From Candidatus Methanoperedenaceae archaeon (lineage in GTDB: Archaea > Halobacteriota > Methanosarcinia > Methanosarcinales > Methanoperedenaceae), in NCBI GenBank assembly GCA_963753595.1, contig CAVWCX010000024.1:96001-160000 (forward strand): 64,000 bases of DNA. Direction: 5' to 3'. The notes under the pieces were generated by a model, which worked only from the letters and a program-made list of their open reading frames with translations, ran no database searches and was not told the origin of the DNA. Made by a program: the position numbers and the translations under genes. Positions 1 through 10,372 of this stretch are shown here, piece by piece (positions within the stretch are counted from its first letter, which is position 1; each line of letters opens with the position of its first letter).

Positions 1-2251
1 GCGCCGCAAGATACTTATCTTTTCCTCCAAAGATGCTGATTATCTCAAATGGAGTGCCCAGTTGATTTATAGGCTGGACTTTTAGCACCTCCATATTTTC
101 AATATTCCCTATTCCTTCATCAGCATATTTATCAAGAAGCGCATTAAGAACAGCTCGCGCTTTCTCGCCATACACGGAAAAGTAGTTCTTCTTTCGAACA
201 GCAGCCGCTCGTTCCTTGCGGGATAGAGGCGGTTTATCATAAACCACATGGCAAATAAGATCAAAAGGATCAAAGTCCTTTCCAACTTCTTCCTCCAGCG
301 CATGAAGCAGGAGTCCCTGCCCTTCAAGTTCCTGGATGATCAAGTCCTTTTTCTCTGCTTTGCTCCACCTGGCAAGAAATGAATCAAGCGACGCAAACTC
401 CTTTCTAACTGTGTTACGAGTGTAATCCTTAAGTGATTCAGTGATCAGTTTTCCTTGCTTGTCATAATACTGTACACGCTCAGCCACAACTTTAACCGGC
501 ACATCATTAACAAAATATTTTATGCGCTTTGAGCCATCATCCGGCGGCAACGGAGGATCGTGAGGTCCCGGATTATAAACGGAATCAGGAGGCCCATCGA
601 ATTTCGGGTCAGCAAAAAGCTCGGTCGCTTTCTTAAAATCCATTATCGTAAAAAAGAATTTGTTGAAATCCTCATTAATGCGCGTTCCCCTGCCAATGAT
701 TTGCTTGAAAACCGTCATTGACTGGATTCGCTGGTCAAGGACAATGAGCTTGCAAGTTTGTGCATCAACGCCAGTATTCATAAGTTTGGAAGTGGTCGCA
801 ATCACAGGGTAGCGGCTCTCAGGCAGAATAAAGTTATCAAGTTCAGCTTTACCTTCTGCATTATCCCCGGTTATACGCATAACGTATTTTCTATTTTGTG
901 CCACAAGATCGGCATTTTCGTTAGTTAGCGCCTGCCTCATTCGTTCTGCATGGTCAATATCTTCACAGAACACGATGGTTTTATCAAAACGGTCTGTTGC
1001 TTTCAGGAACTCTGTCACTTTCCATGCCACTAACTGAGTGCGTTGGTCAATAACAAGCGTCCTATCAAAATCCTTCTGGTTGTAAATCCTGTCCTCGATA
1101 TCCTGGCCATACTTATCCTGTTTGCCCTTCTCTGGTCTCCAGCCAGTTAGGTCTTTATCAAGGTCGATCCGTATGACCTTATACGGTGCAAGGAATCCAT
1201 CTTCTATTCCCTGTTTGAGTGAATAGGTATAGATTGGCTCACCAAAATAATGGATATTGGAGATATCTTTTGTTTCTTTCGGGGTTGCAGTCATTCCAAT
1301 TTGCGTGGCGCAAGTGAAGTAATCCAGTATCTCTCTCCATGCTGATTCCTCGGCAGCGCTTCCGCGGTGACATTCATCCACTACGACAAGATCAAAGAAA
1401 TCCCGCGAAAACTGTTTATATATATTTCTCCATTCCTCGGACCCGGAAACAGCCTGGTAAAGTGAAAGATAAATTTCAAATGAAGTATCTACATTTCGAT
1501 TTTCAATCTTTGTCATTGCTGTACCGAACGGCTTAAAATCATTCGTTTTGGTCTGATCTATCAGGATGTTGCGGTCAGCCAGATACAGGATGCGTTTTTT
1601 TGTGCGTGATTTCCATAAACGCCAGATTATCTCAAAAGCAGTAAAAGTCTTCCCGGTCCCAGTTGCCATGACCAATAGAATGCGGTTTTGTCCTTTTGCA
1701 ATTGCTTCAATCGTCCTGTTAATTGCAATAGTTTGATAATACCGCGGAACTTTGCCGCTGCCATCCGAATAATAATTCTGTGTAACAATTTGCTGTTTTG
1801 TTTCATCAATTCCTTTATATGCACAGTAGCGTTTCCACAGAACTTCAGGGGATGGAAAAGCATCGAGATTAAGCTCTTTTTCAACTTGCCCGGATGTTAT
1901 GCTGAAATCATGTTCCAGGAAACCATCTCCGTTGGTGCTATATACAAAAGGCACGTCCAACATCTCAGCATAAACCAACGCTTGTTGCATCCCATCGCCT
2001 ACGATATAATTATTAGCCTTTGCCTCAATTACAGCTATTGGAATATTGAGCTTGTAGTATAATATATAATCAGCTCGCCTCGACTCTCCTCGGCTTATAT
2101 TGGAACCTTTAATTATTATTCGACCTTTTGTGAATGTCACTTCTTCACGAATCTGAGTGTAAACATTCCATCCGGCTCTTAAGATTGCAGGAGTTACGTA
2201 TTTAGTGCAAATATCCCGTTCGCTTAGAGCTTTCTTGTCGATTGTTTCCAT
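1..2251 (-). CDS. hsdR: Type I restriction-modification R subunit (EcoAI/EcoEI-like), 3' end outside the window
   Basis: Manual translation from ATG at 2251: [18 protein letters not shown]..., nuclease motif RADYILY...IEAK, Walker [13 protein letters not shown] box, QIIGRGTR motif VI. Open to position 1, so absent from the ORF track. Confidence 0.93.
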   Translation of the reverse strand, partial: METIDKKALSERDICTKYVTPAILRAGWNVYTQIREEVTFTKGRIIIKGSNISRGESRRADYILYYKLNIPIAVIEAKANNYIVGDGMQQALVYAEMLDVPFVYSTNGDGFLEHDFSITSGQVEKELNLDAFPSPEVLWKRYCAYKGIDETKQQIVTQNYYSDGSGKVPRYYQTIAINRTIEAIAKGQNRILLVMATGTGKTFTAFEIIWRLWKSRTKKRILYLADRNILIDQTKTNDFKPFGTAMTKIENRNVDTSFEIYLSLYQAVSGSEEWRNIYKQFSRDFFDLVVVDECHRGSAAEESAWREILDYFTCATQIGMTATPKETKDISNIHYFGEPIYTYSLKQGIEDGFLAPYKVIRIDLDKDLTGWRPEKGKQDKYGQDIEDRIYNQKDFDRTLVIDQRTQLVAWKVTEFLKATDRFDKTIVFCEDIDHAERMRQALTNENADLVAQNRKYVMRITGDNAEGKAELDNFILPESRYPVIATTSKLMNTGVDAQTCKLIVLDQRIQSMTVFKQIIGRGTRINEDFNKFFFTIMDFKKATELFADPKFDGPPDSVYNPGPHDPPLPPDDGSKRIKYFVNDVPVKVVAERVQYYDKQGKLITESLKDYTRNTVRKEFASLDSFLARWSKAEKKDLIIQELEGQGLLLHALEEEVGKDFDPFDLICHVVYDKPPLSRKERAAAVRKKNYFSVYGEKARAVLNALLDKYADEGIGNIENMEVLKVQPINQLGTPFEIISIFGGKDKYLAA

Positions 2252-2361
2252 TTCCCTCTTAGTCCAGTAAGCAAGAACATCCTGTCATGCGGATACAACA
2301 TATAACTTAGTATATATATATAAGCATGTTGTTTTAAAATCATAGTATCTATCACACTAAA

Positions 2362-2495
2362 CTCCCTCCTCTCCTCCCTGAAAACCCGCCAGCTTGAAGC
2401 TATAAAACACACCCGGTCCTACAACTGATCCTCGCAGGCGCAGGCAAGACCAAGACCATTACCGCCAGGATCGCACATATTGTCCAAAAAGAAAT
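2362..2495 (+). pseudogene. 5' remnant of a UvrD/PcrA-type helicase gene
   Basis: With one frameshift reads LLSSLKTRQLEAIKHT/GPQLILAGAGKTKTITARIAHIVQKE, i.e. the Q-motif and a degenerate Walker A of SF1 helicases. No start codon and no continuation. Confidence 0.65.
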
Positions 2496-2562
2496 GATCT
2501 CGAATACAAAACCTTTATTTATTCAAAAATGAATAAATTGATTCAAAAATGAATAGGTAATC

Positions 2563-3162
2563 ATGAAATTTCACAATATCCTGGATGAAATGCTGGGCAA
2601 TAAGACAAAAGTGAGACTTCTCAGGGCATTCTTCACATATCCTGAAAAAGGATTCACAGAAAGTGAACTTGAGAGGATAGCGGGAATACCGCAGGCAAGC
2701 GTCCACAGGAACGTAAAATCTCTCCAAGACAATGGATTGCTCGACAGAAAGCGGATCGGTAAAGCAAATCTATATTCATTGAACAAAGAACATATTCTTT
2801 ATCTGCTCCTCTATCGCAATTTTGAAGCTGAGAGAAATGTTCTCGTGGAACTCAAAAACATTATTGAAGAATCGGTCAAAAACCTTCCTCAAATTGAGCT
2901 TGTTGTTCTTTTTGGCAGCATCGTAAAAGGGATGGAAAGAGCAGACAGCGATGTAGATATCTTTATAGTCTTCAAAGGTGAAAAGTCAAAATTAGAAGAT
3001 AAATTGACAGTCCTGGCAAATATTTCTCAAAATAAATTCGGCAATCCTGTATCACTGATGATAAAGAACAATGAAGAACTTCAGGACTTGAAAACCAGGT
3101 CAATTTTCAGTGAAATAAAAAACGGAGAAATCATCTTCAAGCGAGAGGGGTTTGAATGGTAA
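2563..3162 (+). CDS. wHTH-fused minimal nucleotidyltransferase (MNT antitoxin)
   Basis: N-terminal HTH (ELERIAGIPQASVHRNVKSL) and the LFGS..G....SDVD MNT motif; overlaps the HEPN gene. Confidence 0.88.
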   Translation: MKFHNILDEMLGNKTKVRLLRAFFTYPEKGFTESELERIAGIPQASVHRNVKSLQDNGLLDRKRIGKANLYSLNKEHILYLLLYRNFEAERNVLVELKNIIEESVKNLPQIELVVLFGSIVKGMERADSDVDIFIVFKGEKSKLEDKLTVLANISQNKFGNPVSLMIKNNEELQDLKTRSIFSEIKNGEIIFKREGFEW

Positions 3163-3566
3163 GAGGTATAGTTACCAAACCTGCAAGGATAGGTTCAGAC
3201 AAAATATATCTAACCAAAGCCAGGGATTTCTTAGAAGGTGCCATAATGGAGACAGAGAAAGAGAATTGGAACTCGGCAGCTGTCCTCTCGATCCATGCCG
3301 TCATTAGTGCAAGCGATGCGATATGTTCTAAATTTTTACAGCTACGCCATGGTGGAGTGGATCATATGCAGGCAGTAGAACTTCTGGGCAATCTTCCTTT
3401 TGAAAGATCTGAAATCGAATCAAAGCTGAAACAAGCAAGAAGGATAATATCATTGAAGAATGCCGCTGAATATGAAGACAGGCTGATCAAACAAACTGAA
3501 GCGCAAGAAATGCTAAAGGATGCCCAGCGACTTGTTGAATGGATCGAAAATAAGCTTGGAAAATAA
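3156..3566 (+). CDS. HEPN domain protein (toxin partner of MNT)
   Basis: All-helical 136 aa with A.DFL..A, W..A....HA.I.A.DA, DH..A..LL and KN.AEY; coupled to the MNT gene. Confidence 0.82.
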   Translation: MVRGIVTKPARIGSDKIYLTKARDFLEGAIMETEKENWNSAAVLSIHAVISASDAICSKFLQLRHGGVDHMQAVELLGNLPFERSEIESKLKQARRIISLKNAAEYEDRLIKQTEAQEMLKDAQRLVEWIENKLGK

Positions 3567-3594
3567 TATACAAAATAGGGTGATATCTATGTTA

Positions 3595-3672
3595 TTCTCC
3601 CTCTCCCTGAAAACCCGCAAGCTCTCACCCATTAGCCATACCCAGGCCCCCCCAGCTGATATTGGAGGCGGT
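3595..3672 (+). repeat. Second, more decayed copy of the uvrD 5' remnant
   Basis: ctccctgaaaacccgc is identical at 2374-2389 and 3603-3618, with further similarity downstream (cacccgg/tacccagg, ctgatcctcgcaggcg/ctgatattggaggcg). Confidence 0.6.
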
Positions 3673-3742
3673 TGGATTCTATCATGGATGCCTTCTTGTC
3701 CTGGCAATTATAATATGATCAAGATCCCAAAGAAAATCGCAC

Positions 3743-4069
3743 ATGAATATTAATATGACTTTAATTAAAGAATTACTTATTTTAATTATGTTACTCCAGA
3801 TAGTGCCTTTCCTGATTTATGGCATCGATAAATTGTTCGCCAGATTGGGCTTCTTCAGGATACCTGAAAAAGCACTTTTGGCCACTACTTTTCTTTTTGG
3901 GATCATAGGTTCTATAGCTGCAATGATGATCTTCAAGCATAAAACAAGAAAAGCCTCTTTCAAGCATGATTTCACAGTAATTGTGTTATTAAGGATTATT
4001 GTGCTGGTTTCTTTGGGTTTGATTTTGATGAATAACCCAACAGTTCGGCTGTGGAGAACTTTATTCTAA
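3743..4069 (+). CDS. DUF1294 family membrane protein
   Basis: YGIDK..A....RIPEK.L and GSIAAM.IFKHKTRK signature. Confidence 0.85.
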   Translation: MNINMTLIKELLILIMLLQIVPFLIYGIDKLFARLGFFRIPEKALLATTFLFGIIGSIAAMMIFKHKTRKASFKHDFTVIVLLRIIVLVSLGLILMNNPTVRLWRTLF

Positions 4070-4078
4070 CCTTTATTT

Positions 4079-4471
4079 TTAATCCACATGTAACTTTTTC
4101 TTCAATTCCTTTGTCCAATCAGGATGATAACATCCTTTAAATTCAAATCCAAGCGCTTTTGGTTCATCATCTTCCACATCTGATCCAAATACTTTATATG
4201 ATTCGGCCGGTGCGGGCAAAACACCAAGCACAGAGGCCTTAGAAACAAGAGCATCCAGGTCTTCATCATTGAGCAAACCTTCCCAGTTCAATGATACCGG
4301 GGTAACCCACAGAAATTTGGAGGCATCTTCTCTTTCTGCCGCCGAAACAATGAAACCTATTACTGGTTCTTTTATTATTGTAGCTTCAACAATCGAACTG
4401 TCGTCTTTCTGTTCCTGTTTGATCGTCAGTTCAGGTTTTTCTTGTATCGTCTTTTTCTTTGTTTGGGTCAT
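4079..4471 (-). CDS. Hypothetical protein
   Basis: 130-aa ORF with plausible composition; no recognised motif. Confidence 0.55.
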   Translation of the reverse strand: MTQTKKKTIQEKPELTIKQEQKDDSSIVEATIIKEPVIGFIVSAAEREDASKFLWVTPVSLNWEGLLNDEDLDALVSKASVLGVLPAPAESYKVFGSDVEDDEPKALGFEFKGCYHPDWTKELKKKLHVD

Positions 4472-4724
4472 AAATATCTTCTTTTTTTCATTTTGACTTA
4501 TCTTTAATTATTATAATTTCCAAAGGATTTAATGATTGGATAGACCAGGCACCTGGGAGGTATATTGATTGGAGTGACATTAAAAAATGTCTATTCATAA
4601 TAATTATTATAATCATATAATAAATACATTCCGCCTCTATAAAATGAGCATGATAATAAATATTATTCTACGCATAAAAATATTAAAGCACCCATATATG
4701 CTTTAAAATACCATTTGATTATTG

Positions 4725-5026
4725 GATAATTAGATGGGTGACCAGAAAAAAGAATACGCTTGATTACATACGTTCCCTGAAAACCAGTACCGAACTTGCA
4801 GATAATATTGAAAAAACGATGCAGGAAAGAAGAAAAGCAAAACTCAGGAAAGTTGATCTATGACCTGTCTGGATACTGATTTCATAATTGACCACCTGCG
4901 CCATAAACCTGCTGCCGAGAGTAAATTGGAAGAGCTGACAGCAGATGGTGATAAATTAACGACATGCTTACGAAGAATGCAAAACACTTTTCGAAGGTTC
5001 AGGGGCTGGCGGTTGAGAATTATTAA
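4725..5026 (+). pseudogene. Decayed vapBC pair (antitoxin C-terminal half plus internally deleted PIN toxin)
   Basis: ...TLDYIRSLKTSTELADNIEKTMQERRKAKLRKVDL* overlaps (ATGA) MTCLDTDFIID..., which jumps out of frame to the PIN C-terminus LTKNAKHFSKVQGLAVENY*. Confidence 0.75.
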
Positions 5027-5054
5027 AATTATATCTGTTTTCTAATACTTTTAT

Positions 5055-6503
5055 TTATTCGTTTCGTACATCATCCTTGCCCCGCATAGCCGAAACAATG
5101 ATCGCAGGCACAGTGATAATTGCAGAAAAAATAAAAGCGCTTGTAATACCACTTGTAAAAGCCTCCTGCACAGCCACAGGCATACTTGCTCCTCCTATGA
5201 CGAACATGTTCATCATCTGTTCAAGAGGGATCGTTCCCATAATAAGCGGAAAAGATATTCCCATGCTCAGTACCATTCCAGCGCTGTTGAAAAAAGCCCT
5301 CATTGATGAGGCTACACCGCGGCGCTGCGGTGAAACCGATGACATGATGGCGCTGGTATTCGGAGGCTGGAAAAGACCGGAGCCGAAACTATTGATGAAC
5401 ATCCATACGGCAAGTATCCAGTAAGGTGTATCATAATGCATCGTTGCAAGACCAAGCAGGCCGACAAGGGATATAACAAGGCCGATCGTGCTTATAATCC
5501 TTGAGCCATATTTATCAGACAGGACTCCGCCTATCGGGCCTGTTATCGCAAGACCGATGGCAAGAGGAATGGTCATGACGCTTGCTGTGAGCGGGTCCAT
5601 GCCCCTTGGTCCCTGGAAAAAAAGGATTAGCAGGATCATTACCGCGCCCCTTGCTATTGAATTCAACAGGTTGCTTAACTGTCCGTAGGAAAATATCCTT
5701 ATTTTGAAAAGATCCATATCCATCAATGGATAGGTCGCTCTTTTCTCAACGCGAAGAAAAGATGCAAAACTAATGATCGCGATAACAAGTGACAAGAGCA
5801 TTGGAGGCGATGCCAGGCCAACAATGAACCCTGCCGTGAGGTAAATCATGAATCCTAGAAAAGCGATAGTAAATAAGACCATTCCTTTAAAGTCGAATGT
5901 TTCACCTTTTGGCAGCACTGCAACTTCTTTCAGTTTAAGATGTGCCCATATTGTGACAACTATTCCTATCGGGACATTAAAAAAGAAGTTCAGCCGCCAG
6001 TCTATCAATGTCAGGAAACCTCCCAGTATCGGACCCACAACAAAGGCTGCTGCCATTACCATGCTGAGAATTCCCATTGCTTTACCCAGTTCACTCCGTT
6101 TGAAAGCATCGGTTACTATTATTGTCCCGTTAGCCACAAGCATCGACCCTCCCACAGCCTGAAGCACCCGAAAAGCGATAAGCTGGCCAATGTTGGCAGA
6201 AAAGCCGCAAAGCAGAGAACCGATCGTAAACACGGCCAGCCCATAAACATAGAGCTTCTTGCGCCCATATATATCTGCAAGCCTGCCCCACGCCGGCGCA
6301 AGTATTGTGAGAAGAAGAGTATAACTTATCAGCACCCACATTATCCCGAAAAGGTCTGTGTTCAATTTGACCATCATCGTTGGAAGAGCGATTATAAGGG
6401 TGGTGGCATTCAGTATCCCCACAAGCATTCCGAGGGAGGTCACTGAAAGGGCGGTCCATTTATAGCTATCCGGAGTATTATTTTGTTCGATATTTACAGC
6501 CAT
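5055..6503 (-). CDS. MFS transporter, DHA2/EmrB-like (14 TM)
   Basis: GRLADIYGRK motif A, GPILGG.L and WR..FF.NVPIG motifs. Confidence 0.93.
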   Translation of the reverse strand: MAVNIEQNNTPDSYKWTALSVTSLGMLVGILNATTLIIALPTMMVKLNTDLFGIMWVLISYTLLLTILAPAWGRLADIYGRKKLYVYGLAVFTIGSLLCGFSANIGQLIAFRVLQAVGGSMLVANGTIIVTDAFKRSELGKAMGILSMVMAAAFVVGPILGGFLTLIDWRLNFFFNVPIGIVVTIWAHLKLKEVAVLPKGETFDFKGMVLFTIAFLGFMIYLTAGFIVGLASPPMLLSLVIAIISFASFLRVEKRATYPLMDMDLFKIRIFSYGQLSNLLNSIARGAVMILLILFFQGPRGMDPLTASVMTIPLAIGLAITGPIGGVLSDKYGSRIISTIGLVISLVGLLGLATMHYDTPYWILAVWMFINSFGSGLFQPPNTSAIMSSVSPQRRGVASSMRAFFNSAGMVLSMGISFPLIMGTIPLEQMMNMFVIGGASMPVAVQEAFTSGITSAFIFSAIITVPAIIVSAMRGKDDVRNE

Positions 6504-6527
6504 AGTAATTTCCTGAATAAAAAACCG

Positions 6528-7004
6528 TTAAAAATGTTTAAAAGATATGCATGTACCTGCAAGTGAAGGGATTTTTTTTACAATGTCCCGGGATTCTTCA
6601 ACTGCCGCGGCACCAGATTTCTTTTGCATAGATGCAAAGAGCGCCCCAAAAGATGATTCCAGCATCTCGTAAAGGTGTGTGCACCCCTCGTTTTTCGGGA
6701 TAAGCTGGTGGATTTTTTTAAGAACTCCACCCTCATAGACTCCTGTACCGGCGAGTCTTTCCAGGGAAGGAAGCGCGCCCCTGCACGATCCAAAAGGCAC
6801 TTTTTCCATGGACGCAGAGATGTCAAGTATTCTGTAGCCGCTATCTGTCGTGAACGCCATTTTTATTTTGTGGAAGTCGTCCTGCATTTCTGTCACAACA
6901 AGGGTTTTTTCATTATCAAGAGAGTATATTTTACATTTTATTTCACGCTCAAACTGAACCGCACATTTCTTTGCCTTTGCCTCTATCCGTTCAAAGCTTT
7001 CCAT
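6528..7004 (-). CDS. DUF2889-like Cys/His protein
   Basis: D.FH, P...C, GCTHL.E and C-terminal GTC motifs. Confidence 0.7.
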   Translation of the reverse strand: MESFERIEAKAKKCAVQFEREIKCKIYSLDNEKTLVVTEMQDDFHKIKMAFTTDSGYRILDISASMEKVPFGSCRGALPSLERLAGTGVYEGGVLKKIHQLIPKNEGCTHLYEMLESSFGALFASMQKKSGAAAVEESRDIVKKIPSLAGTCISFKHF

Positions 7005-7010
7005 AATAAC

Positions 7011-7649
7011 CTATCCTCCAAAGGCGATGACAACGCCAGTAATAGCCACACCAATACCCATCATAGTAACACCCGTCCAGAACTCGCTCCTTCCGATATA
7101 TCCTCCCCATCTGTAGCCTATGGCAAAAAGCATGACAAGACCGATAATGCTTGAGAGTCTCATTGCCCAGATGCCGTCAAGAAATAAGAATGGTAAAATA
7201 GGAGGCACTCCTGATACCAAAACAAGCATGCCAGCCGCAATGCCGCCCAGGATATCATCCTTTGTCGCATGGGTGTGGTTTTCGACCGGCTTAAGGTGCG
7301 CCAGGATATGCTGGGCAACCTCATGTTTTTCGCGCTCGCCCAGGGTGTCCACGATAGTGCCTTCAAGCTCTTCTTTTATCTTCCTGAGGTCGCATCCTTC
7401 CCCCGTGCATGTTGTAGCCTCATGCGCAGCCAGCGCAATTCTTCCCCTCTCAAGCAGGCTGCTGTAAACATATATTATGCCATCCACGATCCCCCATGCA
7501 ATGCATGCGCCTATTCCGGCGCTTATTATTGCTTTTTTCGAGCCCGTTTCAAGTCCGACTGTGCCTGTGATAGCCAGCACCATGATCAGCCCGAACAGCA
7601 TTTCAGAATGGCGGTCTGAAGGCGAAAGGATCTCGCGAAATTTCATCAT
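7011..7649 (-). CDS. VIT1/CCC1-family membrane transporter
   Basis: E.LFGLIM.L, AWG.VDG, cytoplasmic acidic loop and P.LPF followed by TM helices. Confidence 0.75.
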   Translation of the reverse strand: MMKFREILSPSDRHSEMLFGLIMVLAITGTVGLETGSKKAIISAGIGACIAWGIVDGIIYVYSSLLERGRIALAAHEATTCTGEGCDLRKIKEELEGTIVDTLGEREKHEVAQHILAHLKPVENHTHATKDDILGGIAAGMLVLVSGVPPILPFLFLDGIWAMRLSSIIGLVMLFAIGYRWGGYIGRSEFWTGVTMMGIGVAITGVVIAFGG

Positions 7650-7655
7650 GATATA

Positions 7656-8417
7656 TTAAATTTCTATTTTCGAAAACAAATAGCTTCCCACTACAAGGAA
7701 CAGCACCGTAACACCTGTTAGCACCGTAAAATCAATACCGAAGCCAAAATGCATCTGACCCCCAAGACCACCTCTTAAGCCATCAACTCCGTAAGTGAGT
7801 GGGTTTGCACTTGCTGCAATGAAAATCGAACCGGGAAGTCCTGCAAGCGGGAACAGGGCGCCTGAAAGGAAAAAGATGGGCATAACAAGGAAATTCATGA
7901 TCATCTGGAACCCCTGCATATCTTCAAGGAGCGATGCTATCGCCGTACCCATAGCCGTAAAAAGCAGGGCTGTCAGTGCCATTATCAGGAAAGCAACGGG
8001 CAGGAACATGAGACTGGTGGGCCGAAATCCCGCAGCGATCGATATAAAAAACACTATGATGCCCTGAAGTGTCGCAACTGTCGCGCCGCCCAGGGTCCTG
8101 CCTATCATGATATTGAACCGCGATACAGGAGCAACAAGCGTTTCTTTCAGGAATCCGAACTGCTTATCCCATATTATCTCCATCCCAGAAAAAATTGCAG
8201 TAAAAAGAATGCTCATGGCAATAACCCCCGGGGCAAGGAATTCAAGGTAATTTCCCTGCCCTGCTTTCTGGAATACTGGACCAAATCCATATCCCAGTGC
8301 AAGAAGGAATAGAAGTGGTTGTCCGAGTGAGCCTATGATCCTTGAGCGTGAACGGACATATCGCTTGAGTTGCCTTAGCCAGAGTATGTAAATTGTTCTT
8401 ATCATTATCTGCTCCAC
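7656..8417 (-). CDS. ABC-2 type permease (DrrB-like)
   Basis: FLAPG, GFLKETLVAPVSR, FLSGALFP and NPLTYGVDGLR. Confidence 0.93.
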   Translation of the reverse strand: MEQIMIRTIYILWLRQLKRYVRSRSRIIGSLGQPLLFLLALGYGFGPVFQKAGQGNYLEFLAPGVIAMSILFTAIFSGMEIIWDKQFGFLKETLVAPVSRFNIMIGRTLGGATVATLQGIIVFFISIAAGFRPTSLMFLPVAFLIMALTALLFTAMGTAIASLLEDMQGFQMIMNFLVMPIFFLSGALFPLAGLPGSIFIAASANPLTYGVDGLRGGLGGQMHFGFGIDFTVLTGVTVLFLVVGSYLFSKIEI

Positions 8418-9220
8418 ATCTTGCGGTTCATCCGCATCTGGTCAATGCTTCCTGACTCTTCTTCGCGTATTTTTTTGCCTGTCAGGGATAGGAAGGCTTC
8501 TTCCAGTGTCTTTGAACCAGTCTTATTCTTCAATTCTTCGGGGCTTCCTTCTGCAACGATCCTTCCGTGGTCGATGATCGCCACGCGGTCGGCAACACGC
8601 TCGGCTTCATCCATATAATGGGTTGTGAAAAATACCGTAATACCCGCGGTGCTGTTTAAATCTTTCAGGTATTTCCAGATGGAATTGCGCGTCTGCGGGT
8701 CAAGTCCGATGGTAGGCTCATCCATGAATAATACTTCGGGAGTATGCAAAAGTCCGCGTGCGATCTCAAGCCTGCGCTTCATCCCTCCGGAAAAATGTTT
8801 AACGATATCATTTTTCCTGTCCCAGAGTTCCACGAAATTAAGAAGCTCTTCGATTTTTTTCCCCAGTATTTTGTCAGGCACTCTGTAAAGTACTCCGTGA
8901 AATTCCATGTTTTCATAAGCTGTAAGCTCCTCGTCAAGGCTCTGGTCCTGGAACACTATCCCGAAAGAGCGCCTTACCGCATCCTGGTTTGTAATTGGGT
9001 CAAACCCGTTTACCTGCATTGTCCCTGTTGTTGGGCGAAGAAGCGTAGTCAGCATCTTTATTGTTGTTGTTTTTCCCGCCCCATTGGGCCCAAGAAATGC
9101 GAATGTCTCACCGCGTTTTACTGAAAAGGAAATATTATCTACTGCAGTAAAATCGGTGAATTTTTTTGTGAGATTCCTGACCTCGATCGAGTAATTTTCT
9201 TTAGTGTCGTTTTGGAGCAT
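8405..9220 (-). CDS. ABC transporter ATP-binding protein (DrrA-like)
   Basis: GPNGAGKT, FSGGMKRRL, DEPT.GLD, TTHYM. Confidence 0.95.
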   Translation of the reverse strand: MLQNDTKENYSIEVRNLTKKFTDFTAVDNISFSVKRGETFAFLGPNGAGKTTTIKMLTTLLRPTTGTMQVNGFDPITNQDAVRRSFGIVFQDQSLDEELTAYENMEFHGVLYRVPDKILGKKIEELLNFVELWDRKNDIVKHFSGGMKRRLEIARGLLHTPEVLFMDEPTIGLDPQTRNSIWKYLKDLNSTAGITVFFTTHYMDEAERVADRVAIIDHGRIVAEGSPEELKNKTGSKTLEEAFLSLTGKKIREEESGSIDQMRMNRKMWSR

Positions 9221-9294
9221 ATAATTCTCCTGTTAGATAAATTAATATAGGATATGAAATCATACGATAGTATACTCATATATTTAATAATATC

Positions 9295-9309
9295 TGCGAA
9301 AAATTCGCA
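9295..9309. promoter_or_regulatory. Probable Lrp-family operator in the divergent promoter
   Basis: TGCGAA-AAA-TTCGCA 15-bp palindrome with AT-rich centre, just 3' of a TTTAATA TATA-like box and upstream of the lrp start. Confidence 0.55.
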
Positions 9310-9321
9310 AAAAAAGGAATT

Positions 9322-9777
9322 ATGGATGATACCGATAAGAAGATAATCGAACTGTTACAGCAGGATGGAAGAATGGATGATGTGGAGATAGCCCGCAAAA
9401 TCGGGATTTCCCATGATACGGTTAAGCGAAGAAGGAATAAACTCGAAGATGCCGGTTACATCAAAATACAGGCAAATATCAATCCGCGTAAGCTCGGATA
9501 TACAAGTGTCTTTATCTTAGGGATAACTCTGGCTCCGGGAATTGATATCAGGAAAATTGCAGGAAAACTCGCATCTAAGAAAGAGTTCTTTTTTGTAGCG
9601 CTTTCATTGGGCCCTACTCATTCAATAGTAGCTTCATGCTTTGCGAAAGATCAGATCATTCTTAATACACTGGTTGAAGAATTAAGAACCTGGAAAGAAA
9701 TAGAAAAAATCGAGACCAATATCATTTATGAAGTTTTGAAGTCGGAATACCATGATATTCCTGTGACAACTCTATAG
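9322..9777 (+). CDS. Lrp/AsnC family transcriptional regulator
   Basis: MDDTDKKIIELLQQDGR...IARKIGIS..TV..R..KL...GYI plus RAM domain. Confidence 0.93.
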   Translation: MDDTDKKIIELLQQDGRMDDVEIARKIGISHDTVKRRRNKLEDAGYIKIQANINPRKLGYTSVFILGITLAPGIDIRKIAGKLASKKEFFFVALSLGPTHSIVASCFAKDQIILNTLVEELRTWKEIEKIETNIIYEVLKSEYHDIPVTTL

Positions 9778-9852
9778 GTTACAACTCTATAGGGATATAA
9801 TTAAAAATACCCAATATTTCATATCCTCTAAAATCATAAGATTGGAATAAGA

Positions 9853-10320
9853 ATGGCATTATTAGATATATTTGTATATTATGGTATGTTCGGTCTTTTT
9901 ATAGTCAGTTTTTTGTCGTCCATCATACCAATACCTACTGAAGCTGTTGTGTTCGGATTGCTTGGCGCAGGAGGAAATTCCGGATTAATATTTTTAATAT
10001 TGACATCAGGCTCAATCCTTGGAGCATTATTAGGCTATTTCATTGGAAAACATGGACTCACAAAACTTATGCCATCCAGTAAAAATAAGGAAAAACAAGA
10101 ACAGACCCACAGGTATTTTCTGAAATACGGCGCATTTTTAATACTGGTTTCTCCATGGATCCCTTTTGTCTGCAACCTTGCTCCAATAGTTGCCGGAATA
10201 CAAAATTATGACTCAAATCGGTTCTTGATCGTAATTTCAATAGCGAATATTATCAAGTGTTTTGCAATTGTTTATCTATCTATCACAATAATAGACGGGT
10301 GGACGCTATTCATGAATTGA
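9853..10320 (+). CDS. DedA/YqaA (VTT domain) membrane protein
   Basis: SFLSSIIPIPTE, GSILGA.LGY.IG and KYG...ILVSPWIP. Confidence 0.88.
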   Translation: MALLDIFVYYGMFGLFIVSFLSSIIPIPTEAVVFGLLGAGGNSGLIFLILTSGSILGALLGYFIGKHGLTKLMPSSKNKEKQEQTHRYFLKYGAFLILVSPWIPFVCNLAPIVAGIQNYDSNRFLIVISIANIIKCFAIVYLSITIIDGWTLFMN

Positions 10321-10372
10321 ACATTATTGGATAAGTAACTATAAAACACTTCTCTGCCTTTAGATTACTATT

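Noticed and set aside
9766-9793. acaactctatagg duplicated at the lrp stop
   Set aside because: Looks like a simple local duplication; no element is associated.
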